Assembly: GCF_009914755.1 (NCBI RefSeq)
Contig: NC_060941.1
Length of the DNA: 64,000 nt
Reading direction: 5' to 3' (one strand)
Origin: the human T2T-CHM13v2.0 reference genome, Homo sapiens
Part shown: positions 21,530-40,621 of the stretch, piece after piece
Layout: the number at the start of each line of letters is the position of its first letter
Position numbering within the stretch: the stretch's first letter is position 1
Made by a program: the position numbers and the translations under genes
The notes under the pieces: model-generated
What the model saw: only the letters and a program-made list of their open reading frames with translations
Database searches by the model: none
Told to the model about the DNA's origin: nothing

Positions 21530-23604
21530 TATACAATGTAATTTTAAATAACTTTCTATGGAGGAAGGGGTCCATGAAAGTGAGGGTGCAGTCCCGCTTC
21601 TGGGGGAGGTTTCAAGAATGGCACCTCTGAGGAGACCTCACAAGTCAGGACCACCAGCTTCCTTGTGGACGCCTTCAGTGAAATCAGCTGTTGGCCCTAG
21701 ACTGATGGCCGTGGTGGCCCAGAGTCCACCTGCCCCTGTGCCCTGGGACACGAGGACAACCTTGGGCCACTTCTCCTCACTATTGAATGCTGGCTTCTGT
21801 TTATTTGACTAAAACAAAGAGCATGTCAAAGTAACAGGGAGAAGGGGGAATAAACACACAAGCCTACCTTTCTCTCGTGGTTTTATTCCGAGTTAATTCC
21901 GTGGGGCTCTGAACCAGCTCCAGTACTATGGATTTCTCCCGGATGTCCATCTGGCCTGTGTCAGGGAGTTGATTGCCCTATGATTTGACAGTAATGATGA
22001 TAATGGGGTGATTTTGTATTCTTTGACTCATTCAGATCGGAAGGTTCAGAAATAGACCCATGTCCTCCACCCCCAACCCCTTGCTTGAAACTAGTCTTTT
22101 GATTCTAACGAAATGGCAGGATCTTATGGATGAACTGCCACAGAGAAAGGACCCTTCTCTTTTTGAAGCTATTGGGGATGACTGGGGTTTATCTTTTTAG
22201 CCTGGAGACCAAGAGTTAGTACCATAGAAGCCGATAACTATTGCACAAAACCAGAGAAAATACTGCCACAGAAGCCTAGGTGGGAGAGAAGTCTTTCTCG
22301 GAATTTTGAAAAACAGCCACAGCTGTATGTACACGGAGCGATCTGAGGATAGCTCACTCCCACACTCTGCTGATGTCACTTTTTCATCTTCTTCTTGGTT
22401 ACCCACGGGCAAAGATACGTTCTCATTTGCACTAAGCCTGACTTCTGCCTTCTTTCCCCAGATAGGCCCTGGCAGGCAGGCAGACGGACAGATGGGTGCA
22501 GACGCAATGCTAGAGGTGTTAAGCAATTGGACCAAGGGCAACTTGGCCCCTGACAATGTCTCACTTGCTTCTCAGCCTGACCCAGGGGAGCCACATCTGC
22601 CTTCTGATGTGCACGTCGCAGGAATTACCAAGAAACACTGTGTTCTGCTGTGGCACCTGTGTGTGTCCTGGAGGACAAGTCCCAGCTCTGGGGCAGCTCT
22701 GGTTTTCCAGAAAGGAAAGGTCAGTGTTGACGGACGCAGCCTGCCGAGCTGGCGCAGGCTGCTCCAGGGCGACATAGATTGTACCGCCATCATTTTTCAT
22801 GTCGCTCATTAGCAGTCTGATTAGGGGTGATGCACGTCCGTGATTTCCCCTCAGCTCAGACCCTCCAATCCTGCAGAGGTGTCGCTGGACCTGAGGGTTT
22901 GTATATCCCACCCTCCAGAGCAGACTAGGGATGAAATACATCATCTACCTCTGCAACCCCTGCCCCAGGTAAACGAGCTTTATCGTCAGGTCCTGGGACT
23001 GAGGGTGAGGCACAGAGGAGGAGACTCCCTCACTGCAGAGTGGCAGTGGGGCTGAGAGTTGGGCGGGGAGGAGTCCCTGCACCTTCTGCTGGTGCATGCA
23101 TGGCCTGGTCCCTTCGTCGGGGGTCATGCACAGTCTGGGAGAGGGTGGAGATATGTCTTTAAGACCAAAGGGACACCAGGAGGTAGAATCACTCACAGAG
23201 GAGCCAGGCTCCAGGTTGCCAAGGTGAACTTGTCAATAGAGTATTGAACAGGCTGGTCCAACTGGCCATAATTGTCTATTTCAAAACAGCCAGGCTCTGG
23301 TCCTCCTCGCACGGCCCAGAGGCCCACAGGCAGGACCCTAGCTGGGCAGAAATATCTGGGAGAATGAGCAATGGGCTCCCAAGACAGAACCCACCAGCAT
23401 CCCCACCCGTCCCGAAGGCACATGGGTCTGAAACCTAAGAAAACTAAGAAAGGTTTCTTTCCTCCCTCACTTCTACCCCGGCTTATGACTCAAGGTGACA
23501 CAAAGAACATCCCAGCTCCCCAGAACCTGTCCCTTTTTTATCCAGAGGACTCTGCCTGGAGGGACCCCCTCGTGAGAGTTTCCCAATTCCCTGTGAGCCC
23601 CAGA

Positions 23605-23767
23605 CAAGGGTGGTGGGGCCTTTCGCTTCACAGGGCAAAATGAAAATGTGGGGCTCCTTGATTAATAATTATTAACAATTTCAAGGTGTTGGACCATGCC
23701 ACCCACCTGGGGCCATTCTGATCTCAGGGCCCCATGGGTCTGTGCAGGTCCCATGTGACAGGCCCTG
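23605..23767 (-). mobile_element. MER45A-like hAT element
   Basis: gcaaaatgaaaatgtgggctccttg...attattaacaatttcaagg is the reverse of the MER45A core. Confidence 0.65.
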
Positions 23768-24066
23768 TCCCCTCCTCTGGCAGCTCACTGGTCTCTGCTG
23801 GCTTTCCGTGGCTGTGATTTGGCTCCTGTCTCGTTTCTGCTTCCCTCTGGGTCCTTTGGCTTCCAGTGCCCCCTCCCCCAACAGACCAGCTCATTCCAGC
23901 AACCAGAGTCCTCCCAGGCTGAGAGCTGTCCCGTTAATCCTCGTCATCCCTGTTGGGGGAAACTAGTGGTGGCCCCAGGGTCAGGTGTCCAGCTGTAGTC
24001 AGGATGAGCAGGCTCACGTGGCTGAGGGCGGAGGAGGAGGGGCCTGGAGCAGGCTTTCTGAGCTGA

Positions 24067-24599
<533 letters not shown>

Positions 24600-24999
24600 T
24601 AGATGTGACTCATCTACTTGTCCTAGACAGCCTTGTCTTCAGCTTCGTGTGGGAGCCTCTATGGGCCTTGGGTCCTAATACCTAGTAGAGTCTCTGTTCC
24701 TCCCAGCTTGCCCCGTGAGCCACCCAGGCAGAGGTCCAGATCCACGGGGACTGACCTGACAGAACTCTTGGCCATGGCCAGTTAGGACTGTTGAGACAAG
24801 TAGGAGCTGGGGCGCTGCACACCTGCTGACTGTCCCTCTGCCATGTGGAAGCAGGAGCATGGTGTGGTAAGAGCCAGACGGACCCAGGCTTCTCCCCGCT
24901 CTCCCGCCGGCCACCGGCGTGACTCCGAGCACCAGTGTATTCATCTGCAAAGGGGAGAGGAGACTTTCTAGGCTCAACACCCTAAGAAGTCCTCTGACA

Positions 25000-25490
25000 T
25001 CCAAGGCCCTGCCTCATGTGTCCCCGTGACCTCCTGGCTTTCTTTTCCACCCCTCTCTCCCTTATACACTCTGTTCTGGGCACACGGGCTCCTCCACTAA
25101 TCCTCAAACACTGACTTGGTGTTGCCTCAGGGCCTTTGAACTGACTGTAGCCACCACTTGGAATGTTCTTTCTCCAATAACTGCATGGTTCTTTTTCACT
25201 CAAGTCTTTACTCAGATGTCATCTTTGTAATGAGCTGGCCCTGACCACCTGATCACTACGGTCCCAGCCCTGTCCCCACCAACACTCCCAATCTCCTTAT
25301 TCCTGCTGACATAGCACCCTCACCTCCTTACAGACAGTATCCTCTGGATGTTGATGGTGTTTCCAGCCTGCATCTCCTGTTGGAACATAAGAGCTGCAAG
25401 CGTCGGGGCGTGTCCACACCCTTGTCCGACGTGTCCCTGGCATCTGGCACAGTGCCCAGCACGTACCTGTCAGATGAATGTTGAATTAAT
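25000..25490 (+). mobile_element. L2 LINE 3' end (MIR fragment just upstream, ~24855-24985)
   Basis: gcctcagggcctttgaac ... ctcagatgtcatct ... gcacagtgcccagcacg ... gaatgttgaattaat. Confidence 0.75.
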
Positions 25491-25525
25491 AGGATTTGTG
25501 TGAGGACCGAGTGAGCTCACACAGC

Positions 25526-27780
<2,255 letters not shown>

Positions 27781-28919
27781 ACAAGCACCAGCCCAGAGGA
27801 GGCATTTAGATTACTGTAAACAAATGAGAGATGTTTAATTAGGCAGGGCTGAGGGAATTAATTCAACTCCATAGATAGCCAACCCCAAAGAAGGCTAGGA
27901 GACAGGAGGCCTGACCAGGCCAAGGGCGCAAGTGGTAAGAACCAGGTGTCAGTAGGGCAGGGACCACAGCGTGTTCGACAGGGTCATGATGAAAGGTGCA
28001 GCCCAGTCCTGAGGATGGTGACCTTGGCCTTTTGGGACAGTATCTTTAGCTCATACTTCTGGGACAAGGTGTTCCTTCCTGTGGGCTGCACGCATGCCCA
28101 GAGCTCCAAGCCCCTAGGCATTGTCCAAAGGCTGAGGGCCACATGCCCCTGGACGCATGCCCCGTTATCCTTGGGGTTGCCTCATGCTGCTGCCTGCTCT
28201 CCATTCTCCCAGCTGTTTAGGGACTGACCATGTCTATGCTGCCACCATCTATATCTGCTCAACCCAAGGAGGGGCTGATCTAACCCTGGCCCTGACTCTC
28301 CTCTTGCTGCTGGGAAAGAATTGTCCTTTTTTAAGTTTATTTTTTAAGTGTGTTTGCAGAAAGCACGCTTTAGGTTTAGTGGTCAGGGAAGGCTCACTGA
28401 GGAAGGAGTGTGTGGCTTGTCATCTCTAGGTTGGGGAGGAGCTGGGACAGCAGGTGCCAAGGCCCTGAGGTAGGCACCTCCTGAGTGTGTTTGAGGACCA
28501 GAAGGAAGGCAGGAGCAGTGGGCAGCGTGGGCTGGGGGAGTGGGGTCAGATGGCAGACTGAAGAAGGAGGAAGGCAGTTTGCCTGAGTGTCTGTGACTCG
28601 GAGTTTGGACTTGAGTCTCATTGTTATGGCAAAGCTTTGGAGGTTTTAAGCAAGGAAGTGGGGGGACCAGATAACGGGGTCAGACCCAGACCCTGGGGCC
28701 ACAGGGCAATTCCTGGGACTAGAGGAGGAGCTGTGGGATCAGCAGGGACTGGGGGTAGAGAGCCACCATGCCACTGCCCTCCCCAGAGGGCGTTCTCCTG
28801 CAACAGGTCAGCTTCTTCGAGGCAATGTAGAAGCAACATGTCTCCCTCAAAGGAGTGTGAATTTAAAGACTCGAAGGCCGAAGACGGAGATGCCGGCAGC
28901 CAGGTTGCATAGCTCTGTG

Positions 28920-29135
28920 TTCTGGCTGGGCCATTTATTCACTCTTTGACCTTGAGCAACTGATTTCACCCCCCTGTGCCTCAGTTTCTCCATCCTGAAA
29001 TCGAGGCTCATGATGAAGTGGTTGGTGGTCACGGAGGTTAACTGGATTAATAGGCAAAGCACTTAGCACTGTATCCAGCGAGAGTGAGTGCACAACACAT
29101 GGAAGCTATTACTGTTATTTTTATTGTTGTTATTA
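28920..29135 (+). mobile_element. MIR SINE
   Basis: tgaccttgagcaa...ctgtgcctcagtttctccatc core and aaagcacttagcac 3' part. Confidence 0.85.
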
Positions 29136-30184
29136 TCGCTATTAGGACAGAGAAACACCCGGGGCAGCCAAGCCCAGGCCAGGATGCCTGAGCACACTGC
29201 CCTGTTGGCAGAGCGGGTGGGGATCCTGGACCAAGGCTCATGGGTTGGAGCCTGTCGGGGTAAATCCTCTCCAAGGCCTGGCTCTGCTCCCTGCCAGCTG
29301 GACTGAGCTGCACACGCTGCCGCGTCTCTGGGGCAGTAGGTGTTACGTGTAGTCCAGCCAAAGGTTCCAGAGCTGGAGGAGGTGGATATCTGGGGCCACA
29401 GAGCCCTGGGGCCCTCGGGACTTGGGGCCCCAGTGCTGCCACTGCTAACCCATTGGTGCCCCTCACTCCCCGCCAGCCTTGATGGTGACCCTGGGGAATA
29501 GGCATCGGAAGGCTTTGGTCCTTAGTTCAGGGTTGACCCTCTGCTGGGTCTGTTTATTCCCAGGAAGTCCTCAGTGCAGATAGAAAGGCTGGGCTTGGTG
29601 GAGGCACCGGGATTGGAGCTGAGCACAAACACTGCTGGGGGCAGGGTCCTCTCTGAGAAGCAGAGTCAGGATGTGGGGGTGTGCGCTGTGTACTTGGGGC
29701 CTTTGGCTCACTGCGTGTGAAGAGGAGATTTTAACGCCCACCCGGTGCCCGCCTTGGACACACAGCTTGGGAGGCTCGGCTGGGCAGTTCTGGGCAGCAA
29801 GGTGAGGGGTCAAGGGGACCACAAGAGAGGAACCAGGGTGCCATCCAGCTCCTGGGGAGCCACCGGCTGGATTGTGTCGACGGCTGGAAACCCACCTGGG
29901 CCATGTGGTCAGGATGGCAGCGTATTGTGATCACACAGCCTGTACCTCATTTTGAGAGGAGCGTCTTATGCCCCCACTTCAGAGGGGGAAACTGAAGCTG
30001 TGACTTTTGTGCAAAGTGGCAGCAGAGCTCGGACGCAAACCCAGGGTTGCCAGCCCTGGGCACGTGCCCTGGGCCCTCTCACTTCGAGCTGGACAGCAGC
30101 TCCCCCCGCTTCTCTTCCATTCCCTGACCCTGATGAGTCCTCGGGGGTGGTGGGGGAAGTGCAGTGCGATTTGGAGTGAATTAA

Positions 30185-30403
<219 letters not shown>

Positions 30404-30679
30404 TAGAAGATAGAAGCTGGTGCAGGTAGTGTGGGCTGAGGACTGCCTTTAGGCGGCTCGTTCACCAAACACTGGACTGAGCTGAGCGCCTGGTGAACAC
30501 ATTCCTATCTTATCCGCACAAACACTGCATGAGGTTGTCCTAATTATCCTCAGCTTTGCAGAGGAAACTGAGGCCCAGAGAGTTGAGCAATGAGCAAGAG
30601 GGCATGAGGGGTGGATATTTGTAAAGAGTGGGACAGTGTGGATTTTGGGAGCCACAGGGCGAATCCTAATGCATTGAAT

Positions 30680-31050
30680 ACTTGCCTCCCCCAAATATTT
30701 GTCTACCTGGAACGTCAGAATGTGACTTATTTGGAACAAGGGTCTTTGTAGATGTAATTAAGGTGCAGATCTTGAGAGGAGATCGTCCTGGATTGGAGTG
30801 GGTCCTGAATCCAATGGTAGAAGAGACTGAAGAGGGGAGGACACGCAGGGACATTCTCCTGGCATCTGAAGCAGAAGCCAGGGAAGACGGAGGCAGAGGA
30901 TGGGGCGATGCAGCTACAGGCCCAGAAACGCCAGGCAGGAGTCCCTCCTGGGGACTCTGCAGGTAGCACAGCCCTGATGACACCTTGATTTAGGACTTCT
31001 GGACTTCAGAACCAGGAGAGAATCCATCTCTGCTGTTTGAAGCTCTCCAG
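30680..31050 (+). mobile_element. MLT1 (MaLR) LTR
   Basis: cagaatgtgacttatttggaacaagggtctttgtagatgtaattaagg ... gacttctggacttcagaaccaggagagaat. Confidence 0.8.
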
Positions 31051-31154
31051 GTTGGGATGGAGCCAGGGCTTGCCCCTGAGGCCTCGTTTCTTCCTGTCCC
31101 TGTGCGGCTCGGCTGCCTGCCCAGCCTGGATCCTGGTGTAAAAGTCCCGCATCC

Positions 31155-31451
31155 TTTTCTTTCTTGTGAGACAGAGTCTCACTCTGTTTGTCGCCCAAGC
31201 TGGTGTGCAGTGGCTCGATCTTGGCTCACTGCAACTTCCACCTCCCAGGTTCAAGCAATTTTCCTGCCTCAGCCTCCTGAGTAGCTGGGATTATAGGTGC
31301 CCACCACCACGCCTGGCTAATTTTTGTATTTTTAGTAGAGACAGGGTTTCGCCATGTTGGCCAGACTGGTCTTGAACTCCTGACCTCAGGTAATCTGTCT
31401 GCCTCGGCCTCCCAAAGTGCTGGGATTACAGGCATGAGCCACTGCGCCCAC
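31155..31451 (-). mobile_element. Alu
   Basis: Reverse Alu consensus. Confidence 0.95.
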
Positions 31452-31689
31452 CCTCACATTCTTTTCTTATTATTTCCTGAGCACCTACTATGGGCCAGGT
31501 GCTGTGATGTTTCCTCATTTAATCTCCATTCAATGTGAAATCGTCACTGTTATCCATGCTATAGAAGAAAGAACACCTCACATGGCCCTGACCTGGCCCT
31601 GAGAATGTGGGGAGGACACACAGAATGGGGACTCCTCTCCCAGGAGCTGCTGTTGGCCTCTGCTGGGGCTCGCCCAGGGCTCTCCGGAA

Positions 31690-32075
31690 AAACAGACCTG
31701 ATAGGATACATGGAGGCTCTAAGAGGGGACCCCCGTGGGAATTCGCTCACACACTATGGAGGCTGAGAGGTTGCAGGGCCAGCCATCTGCAAGGTGGGGA
31801 ACCAGGGAAGCCAGCCATGATGTTCAGTCTGAGTCTGAAGGCCCTAGAAGCAGGAGCTCTCGTGTCTGAGGGCAGCTGGAGGTGGATGGTCCAGGTCAAG
31901 CAGACCCAGTGCAGTAGCCTGCTCCCAGCCTTCCTGTTCTACTCAGGCCCTCGAGGCTTGGCTAATGTTGCCTACATTGGTGAGGTGCGGTCTACAAATC
32001 CAAGTGGGAACCACTTTCGGAAACACCCTCGCAGACTCAGCCCTGTCAAGCTGACACATGAAATTAACCATCTCA
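31690..32075 (-). mobile_element. MLT2 (ERVL) LTR
   Basis: ctcacacactatggaggctgagag ... cagtctgagtctgaaggcc ... gtcaagctgacacatgaaattaaccatc. Confidence 0.75.
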
Positions 32076-32168
32076 TCATCAAAATGCCCCTGAACATGCA
32101 AGATACAATGGGGAAACAAGCAGATCACTCAATGGACCCAGCATGGTGCCATTAAAATCCCTGCAGTT

Positions 32169-32632
<464 letters not shown>

Positions 32633-33104
32633 CTCTCATAGTCCCCGCTAAACACACATGAAATTTCTGGAAGGACAAAGCTCCGTGGCTGTTCCTAGTC
32701 CTGCCCTGGGTCCAGCCATCATCTCTGAGTGTCTGGATTGGGGTGGGTGCCACAGCTCTACCTTTCCTCCACTGATCTGCCCCATCTTATCACTCATTCC
32801 CTCTCAAGCTGCCCGGTTCCCTTGTCTGGGCACCAGAGACCTTCTCCTGGCACCCGCCTCCTGCCTGGGACTTCCTCTTCAGCCTCATGTCTGTTCCCTG
32901 TTTCCCTGCTCCCCTCGGAGAAGCTCCATCGCAGCTGAGCAGCCTCCCTGCAATCCTCCTTATGGGCCCTGGCCTGCTCAGGTGGTGCCCCTGCCCTTTC
33001 AGGGGAGGGAGTGAGGGGAGGACATGTACAGAGCTCAGCTACATCCCAGGTAGGGCTTGAAGCCCTTTACCTGCACCCTAGCTCTTCCCAGGAGCCCTCA
33101 CGTT

Positions 33105-33421
<317 letters not shown>

Positions 33422-33975
33422 CTAAGTCTTGGAAATCCAGTGTGGATCTTGTACTTGACAGCCCCTCTCCGCCGGGACTCGCTGAATTCCAAGGGCCCCA
33501 TAGGCACACGTGGCTCTTGGCCCCCACAGTGGACAGTAAGCGTCTGGGACAGGATGGGGTGACTTTCACATCCCAGGTGGAGCAAATTCCTCTGGGCTCT
33601 GACCGGTTAGAGCTTTATGGTATGTCCCTCACAGTCGTAGGGGCCTGAGGCAGCATCGGTGGCTGGACCTGGTATCAGTGGTCATGTGGTCATTTATGTG
33701 CCCAGTGTGGCAAGCCTGGCACCAGACCTGGCAAGGGGGCTTCATCTGGGCCCAAAAAAGTACAGACAGCGTGGTCTCCAGCCTGCCTCCCGGGGAGGCC
33801 TCCCCAGGTGGACTTAGAAAAGGAGGTCAGAGGCGGGATGGGAGGTGGCCTTTGCAGGCACCTGGAGGGGCTGTGGTGTTGGGTCCCTGGATCTGGAAGG
33901 TCACATCAATAATGTGTCATCTGCTAGTCCGGGGCCACTGCAAAGGCTCCCATCCCAGGAGACGGCAGTTTAGCA

Positions 33976-34043
33976 CTGGCCTGGAGGCTGGCTGGCCTGG
34001 AGGCTGGTTGGCCTGGAGGCTGGCTGGCCTGGAGGCTGGCTGG
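33976..34043. repeat. 16-bp tandem repeat ctggcctggaggctgg x~4
   Basis: Directly visible. Confidence 0.9.
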
Positions 34044-34739
34044 CAGGCGCAGCTGGGGCTTGGGTTTCCTCTGGGGGAGGCTGCTTCTTCCCTCGTGCCC
34101 GTCCACGCTTTGGTTACAGGCAGTGAAGCCGCTGATGTCAGCGGGACCGCGGCTGCCCCTCTGAGGTGTCTGTGGCCTGCCACCAGAGCAGCGGGCGGGG
34201 TGGCCTCCCGCCTGAGCCTGTTTATCGTTTAAGTGGATACCATGCTCTGGCAGCTGAGGGTAATTACGGGGGCTGCGTCCTTGAGGACGGGTCTGCGCAT
34301 GTGCTTCTCGCGGGGCTGGTGGCCCAGCCGGGGCGGCCTCGGTGCCGTCAGCTGCTCGGTGAGATGTGAAGGGCCGGGGCTCCGCGTGGGGCCTTCCGTG
34401 CTGCAGCAGAGGCCTGGGATTGGAATGCGAAATCCCTCTGCGGTGGAGACAGGGGCTGGTGGGGGTCATGCCATCTTCAGGGCCGTCCTGTTGGCTCTGA
34501 CCTCCTGCCACCAGCCACAGACTCTGCTCCAGGGTGTCCACCTACCCCAGCCGTTCCTCCTCTTGTCTGCATCCCTCTGTCCCTCTCTTCCTTCTCTTCC
34601 TCCTCCCTTCAGTCGTGTTTAGCAAGTCCCATTCCCTGGCCTCAGCGTCCCGATCCTCCCATCCCTTGGCTTTGCTGGGGCTTTTCCAGGCTGCTTCTGC
34701 AAGCCTTGTCATTTTGTTGCTGGGATGGCGCCAGGAGGT

Positions 34740-35490
<751 letters not shown>

Positions 35491-36509
35491 AGCCCCCTCC
35501 CCTGGGCTCGGCCCTGTGAGCAATAAGAGAATCCCCCCAGCTGACCCTGCTCTTGGGGCACCTTCAAGCCTCAGCAGGCTGTTCCTGAAATCCAGCTGTG
35601 CAGCCAGGATCGGTGAGCACACACACATTTTCAGGGATAATGGTCTTCAGAATTCCAAAGGATTTATTGGAGCTCGCCCGACGTGGACCACAGCCGAGCT
35701 GAAACCCACACTTGACAAGTGATGCAATCAGCGCTCGACTCTTGCCAGCGTTTTCGGGAGATTAGGCAGCAGCAGGGGCTGGGGTGCACAGGAGCAGGCA
35801 GACAGGAGCAGGCGTTTGCAGCAGCATCAACACCTGAGTCGATGTGATGGTGTGGCGAGTGGCCACAGACTCTGGGAGCCAGCCGGGGAGCACAGCGTGC
35901 CCGGCAGAAGGAGGTGATGCTGGCTGAGCAGAAAGGTCACCAGGTGGGGTTGCAGTGGCCTGGACAGCCAGGAGGATGCTCTGTGGGCAGCCAGCCGTGG
36001 CCAGAGGGGAAGGCTGTGAACGGGGTGGTTAGAAGCCACCTGCACTGGAGTCCTGGCCACAGTGGGGGGTGGTCCTGGATCTCAGGCTCCTCTCTGTATA
36101 GGGGGCCTTACATGGCCCACCTCCAGAGCCCGAGGAGGCTGAGTTTGGGGAGGACAGTAAGCCCTTGGACTTCCTGTTGCTGCTTGGTGCTGTTGTTAGG
36201 AGTCTGGAATGTGCTGGAGCTATAGATTGGGTCACTCTCTGCAAAAAGCAGAGGAAGGAGGTGCAGGAGGTCAGGGGCAGTTCCCGGGGGAATATCTGAG
36301 GAAGGGCAGCCATGGAAGAGATGGATGGAGGCCAGGGAGACGGTCCCAGAGGCCACAGCAATCACAGGCTTAAAGACGGGGGGAGGGTCAGGGGGACCCA
36401 AGGGTGGGTCGGAGATGGGCCCCAGGGACTGAGGAGGGGAACTTGGACAGAGAAGTTTCATAGACAGAAAAGAGCAGACAGGAAGTTATGGAGGGTTGGG
36501 GTCGGATTC

Positions 36510-36618
36510 ATGCACACACACACACACACATGCCCATATAAATACACACACACCAGCAAACACACGTGCATGCACGTGGGCACACACACGAATACACACA
36601 TGCACACACATATGCACA
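36510..36618. repeat. Degenerate (CA)n repeat
   Basis: Directly visible. Confidence 0.9.
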
Positions 36619-37264
36619 GGCAGCAAGACTGACGCTTGGCCATGTCATGCAGGCTGTCAGAGAGGAGAGGTGAGTGAGGGGCTGGGTGGGAGGGCGGCAG
36701 GGGTCAAGCAGAGGTGTGTGTATTTCAGGACAGAAGAGACAAGAGTTGGAATAAAAAGAATTGAAGATGACGGGGAACCGGGGGTGCGAGGAGTTTGGAT
36801 GCGGGGGCGTCTGCCTTGGAAAGGTGCAGAGCCTGGCAGGAAGGAGGGAGGGCAGATCAGGTGCCTTGCTCTGGAGTGCTAGGAGGGGAAGGGGGTCTGA
36901 GGGGGTGCTCACCCTGGCTGTGGTCTTTTCAGAAAAGCCAAAGACAAGGTCATTGCGCAGTGTTCCTAGGGGAGGCTGGGGCTGCACGCAGGGTCAGCTG
37001 GAGATTAGGGAGCAATGGCTGCTCAGCAGGGAGGCTCGGCCAGCCAGGGCAGACCCTGCAGAGACTGAGGCTGCCCCATCCTAACCCTGTTCCTGGTGAA
37101 GACCTGCAAGCGGCCACAAAGCAGTGGCTCAGGACAAGGGCTTGGCCTGGCCCGTGTCCAGGGGCTGAGAGCCTACTGTTCGTTCAGTTGGGCTGAAGTG
37201 GCCCAATTCCCCTTCTCCTCTCCCTGCCTGTTTGGAGTCCCAGGATGCCAACAGAGAGGTCTGA

Positions 37265-38645
<1,381 letters not shown>

Positions 38646-39044
38646 ACGATACGTGTCCTGGTGACGACTCCTGCACCTTCCCTGCTAGCCTGCCTTGCTC
38701 TGCCCTGCCTCCTCCCTCCTCCTGCTGTGGCCTCTGGAGCTCCTCTCTCCTGGCTCACCCAGGGACGTCACCCTTGCCTCTTCTCTCTGCGACTCCCAGG
38801 CAAAGGACTTTCCGCTCACAAGCAAACATGTGCTGGCAGGTCTCTTCCTGTGATCCCTCCACCCTCTATAGCTACTGCCCCGATCCCTCTGCTTCCTCCA
38901 GCTTCTCGTCAATTCGCCTGGGCGGCGGGGAGTCTGCGCTTTTGGGATGTGATTGGTGCTCCCCAGGCGATCCTCATTTACAGCTAGTGGGGACAGCCAC
39001 CAAGTCACAGCCTTCCAGAAATTTCACCCATCCTATTGCCTTAA

Positions 39045-39215
39045 CCAATGGCAAGCTGATAAATGTTTAATAGTCAGCTCTGGGGCATGGGGACAAATAG
39101 CCCTGATCTGTATCATTATGCAGTTCCTATGATGTGACTATTTCCACCATGGCCAATTTCAAGCTGCCAACAGGAAGAGTACTGGCTGTCAAAATTCCTG
39201 CAAATTTTACAACCC
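39045..39215. mobile_element. Short MER63 (MER63A-like) element
   Basis: gctgataaatgtttaatagtcagctct ... ccaccatggccaatttcaagctgccaac. Confidence 0.65.
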
Positions 39216-40135
39216 AGGACAATTCCATCTGTGGGTGGCATCTCCCTGGAGCCTGGGTCTACTCTCTGAGTTGGCTCACCTGTCCCTCTGGAACCTGGTT
39301 AGGCCATGGGTGAAAATCAGCTTCCATGCCCACTGCAGAGGGAAGGAAAGGATGCTTGCATTGAGTGACTGCTGGAGCAGCAGGGGCTTCCCCGCTTTAC
39401 AGTTTTACAAAGCACTGCAATTATCTCATGTAAGACTCAAGTCTAAAGTGACGTGGCCAAGACCACACAGCAAGCAGGTTCTAGAGCCAGCCTCAGACCA
39501 TCCCCACCGTGAGTCCCCCGTGCGAGTGCCCCTTGAAGGAGGTTTTCTAACAGGTGAGTGGTCTGATTCTGTCTCTGTCCTGTGGGATGGATGGGCTGGC
39601 ACTTGATGGCTCTCCTTCCCCCTCACCCTCCACGGAGAAGGCTGGAAGGTGCATTTCTCAGACTTCCTTGCCTGGGAAATGGGAAGTGATGCAGAGGATC
39701 CCAACGTCTCCTCGGCAGGCTTGGTGGTGGACGTGCTGGGCCATGTTCCAGGGGCCAGCTGCTGGCTCCGTGGGTGCTGAGAGGAAGGGGGAAGGCTGTC
39801 TATTTTTTGGCCAGGATGAATCCAGCAGATGTGGTAGGTCCTGGCCGCTTGCTGACCCGTGGGTCTACCGGGTGCTCCGGAGCTAATGGTCCCCAGATGC
39901 TCCACCGTCCTGATGTGGCAGAGGCATGGCATTTTGGCGGGCCAGTTTGGTGGCATCCTGGGAACCGTTTTGGAGGCTCGAGGTGCAGCCTGCTTCTCCA
40001 GCTTTTCCAGTGATTTTTCTGAGCTTCTTATTTCATTTCTGCCACAAGGAGCCAAAGTGCCTTCTGTTTTCTGCACCTGAGCCCTCACTGATACGTCTTT
40101 TAACCTTGGTCACCTCCAGTCCTTTTGTCCTGTAA

Positions 40136-40621
<486 letters not shown>

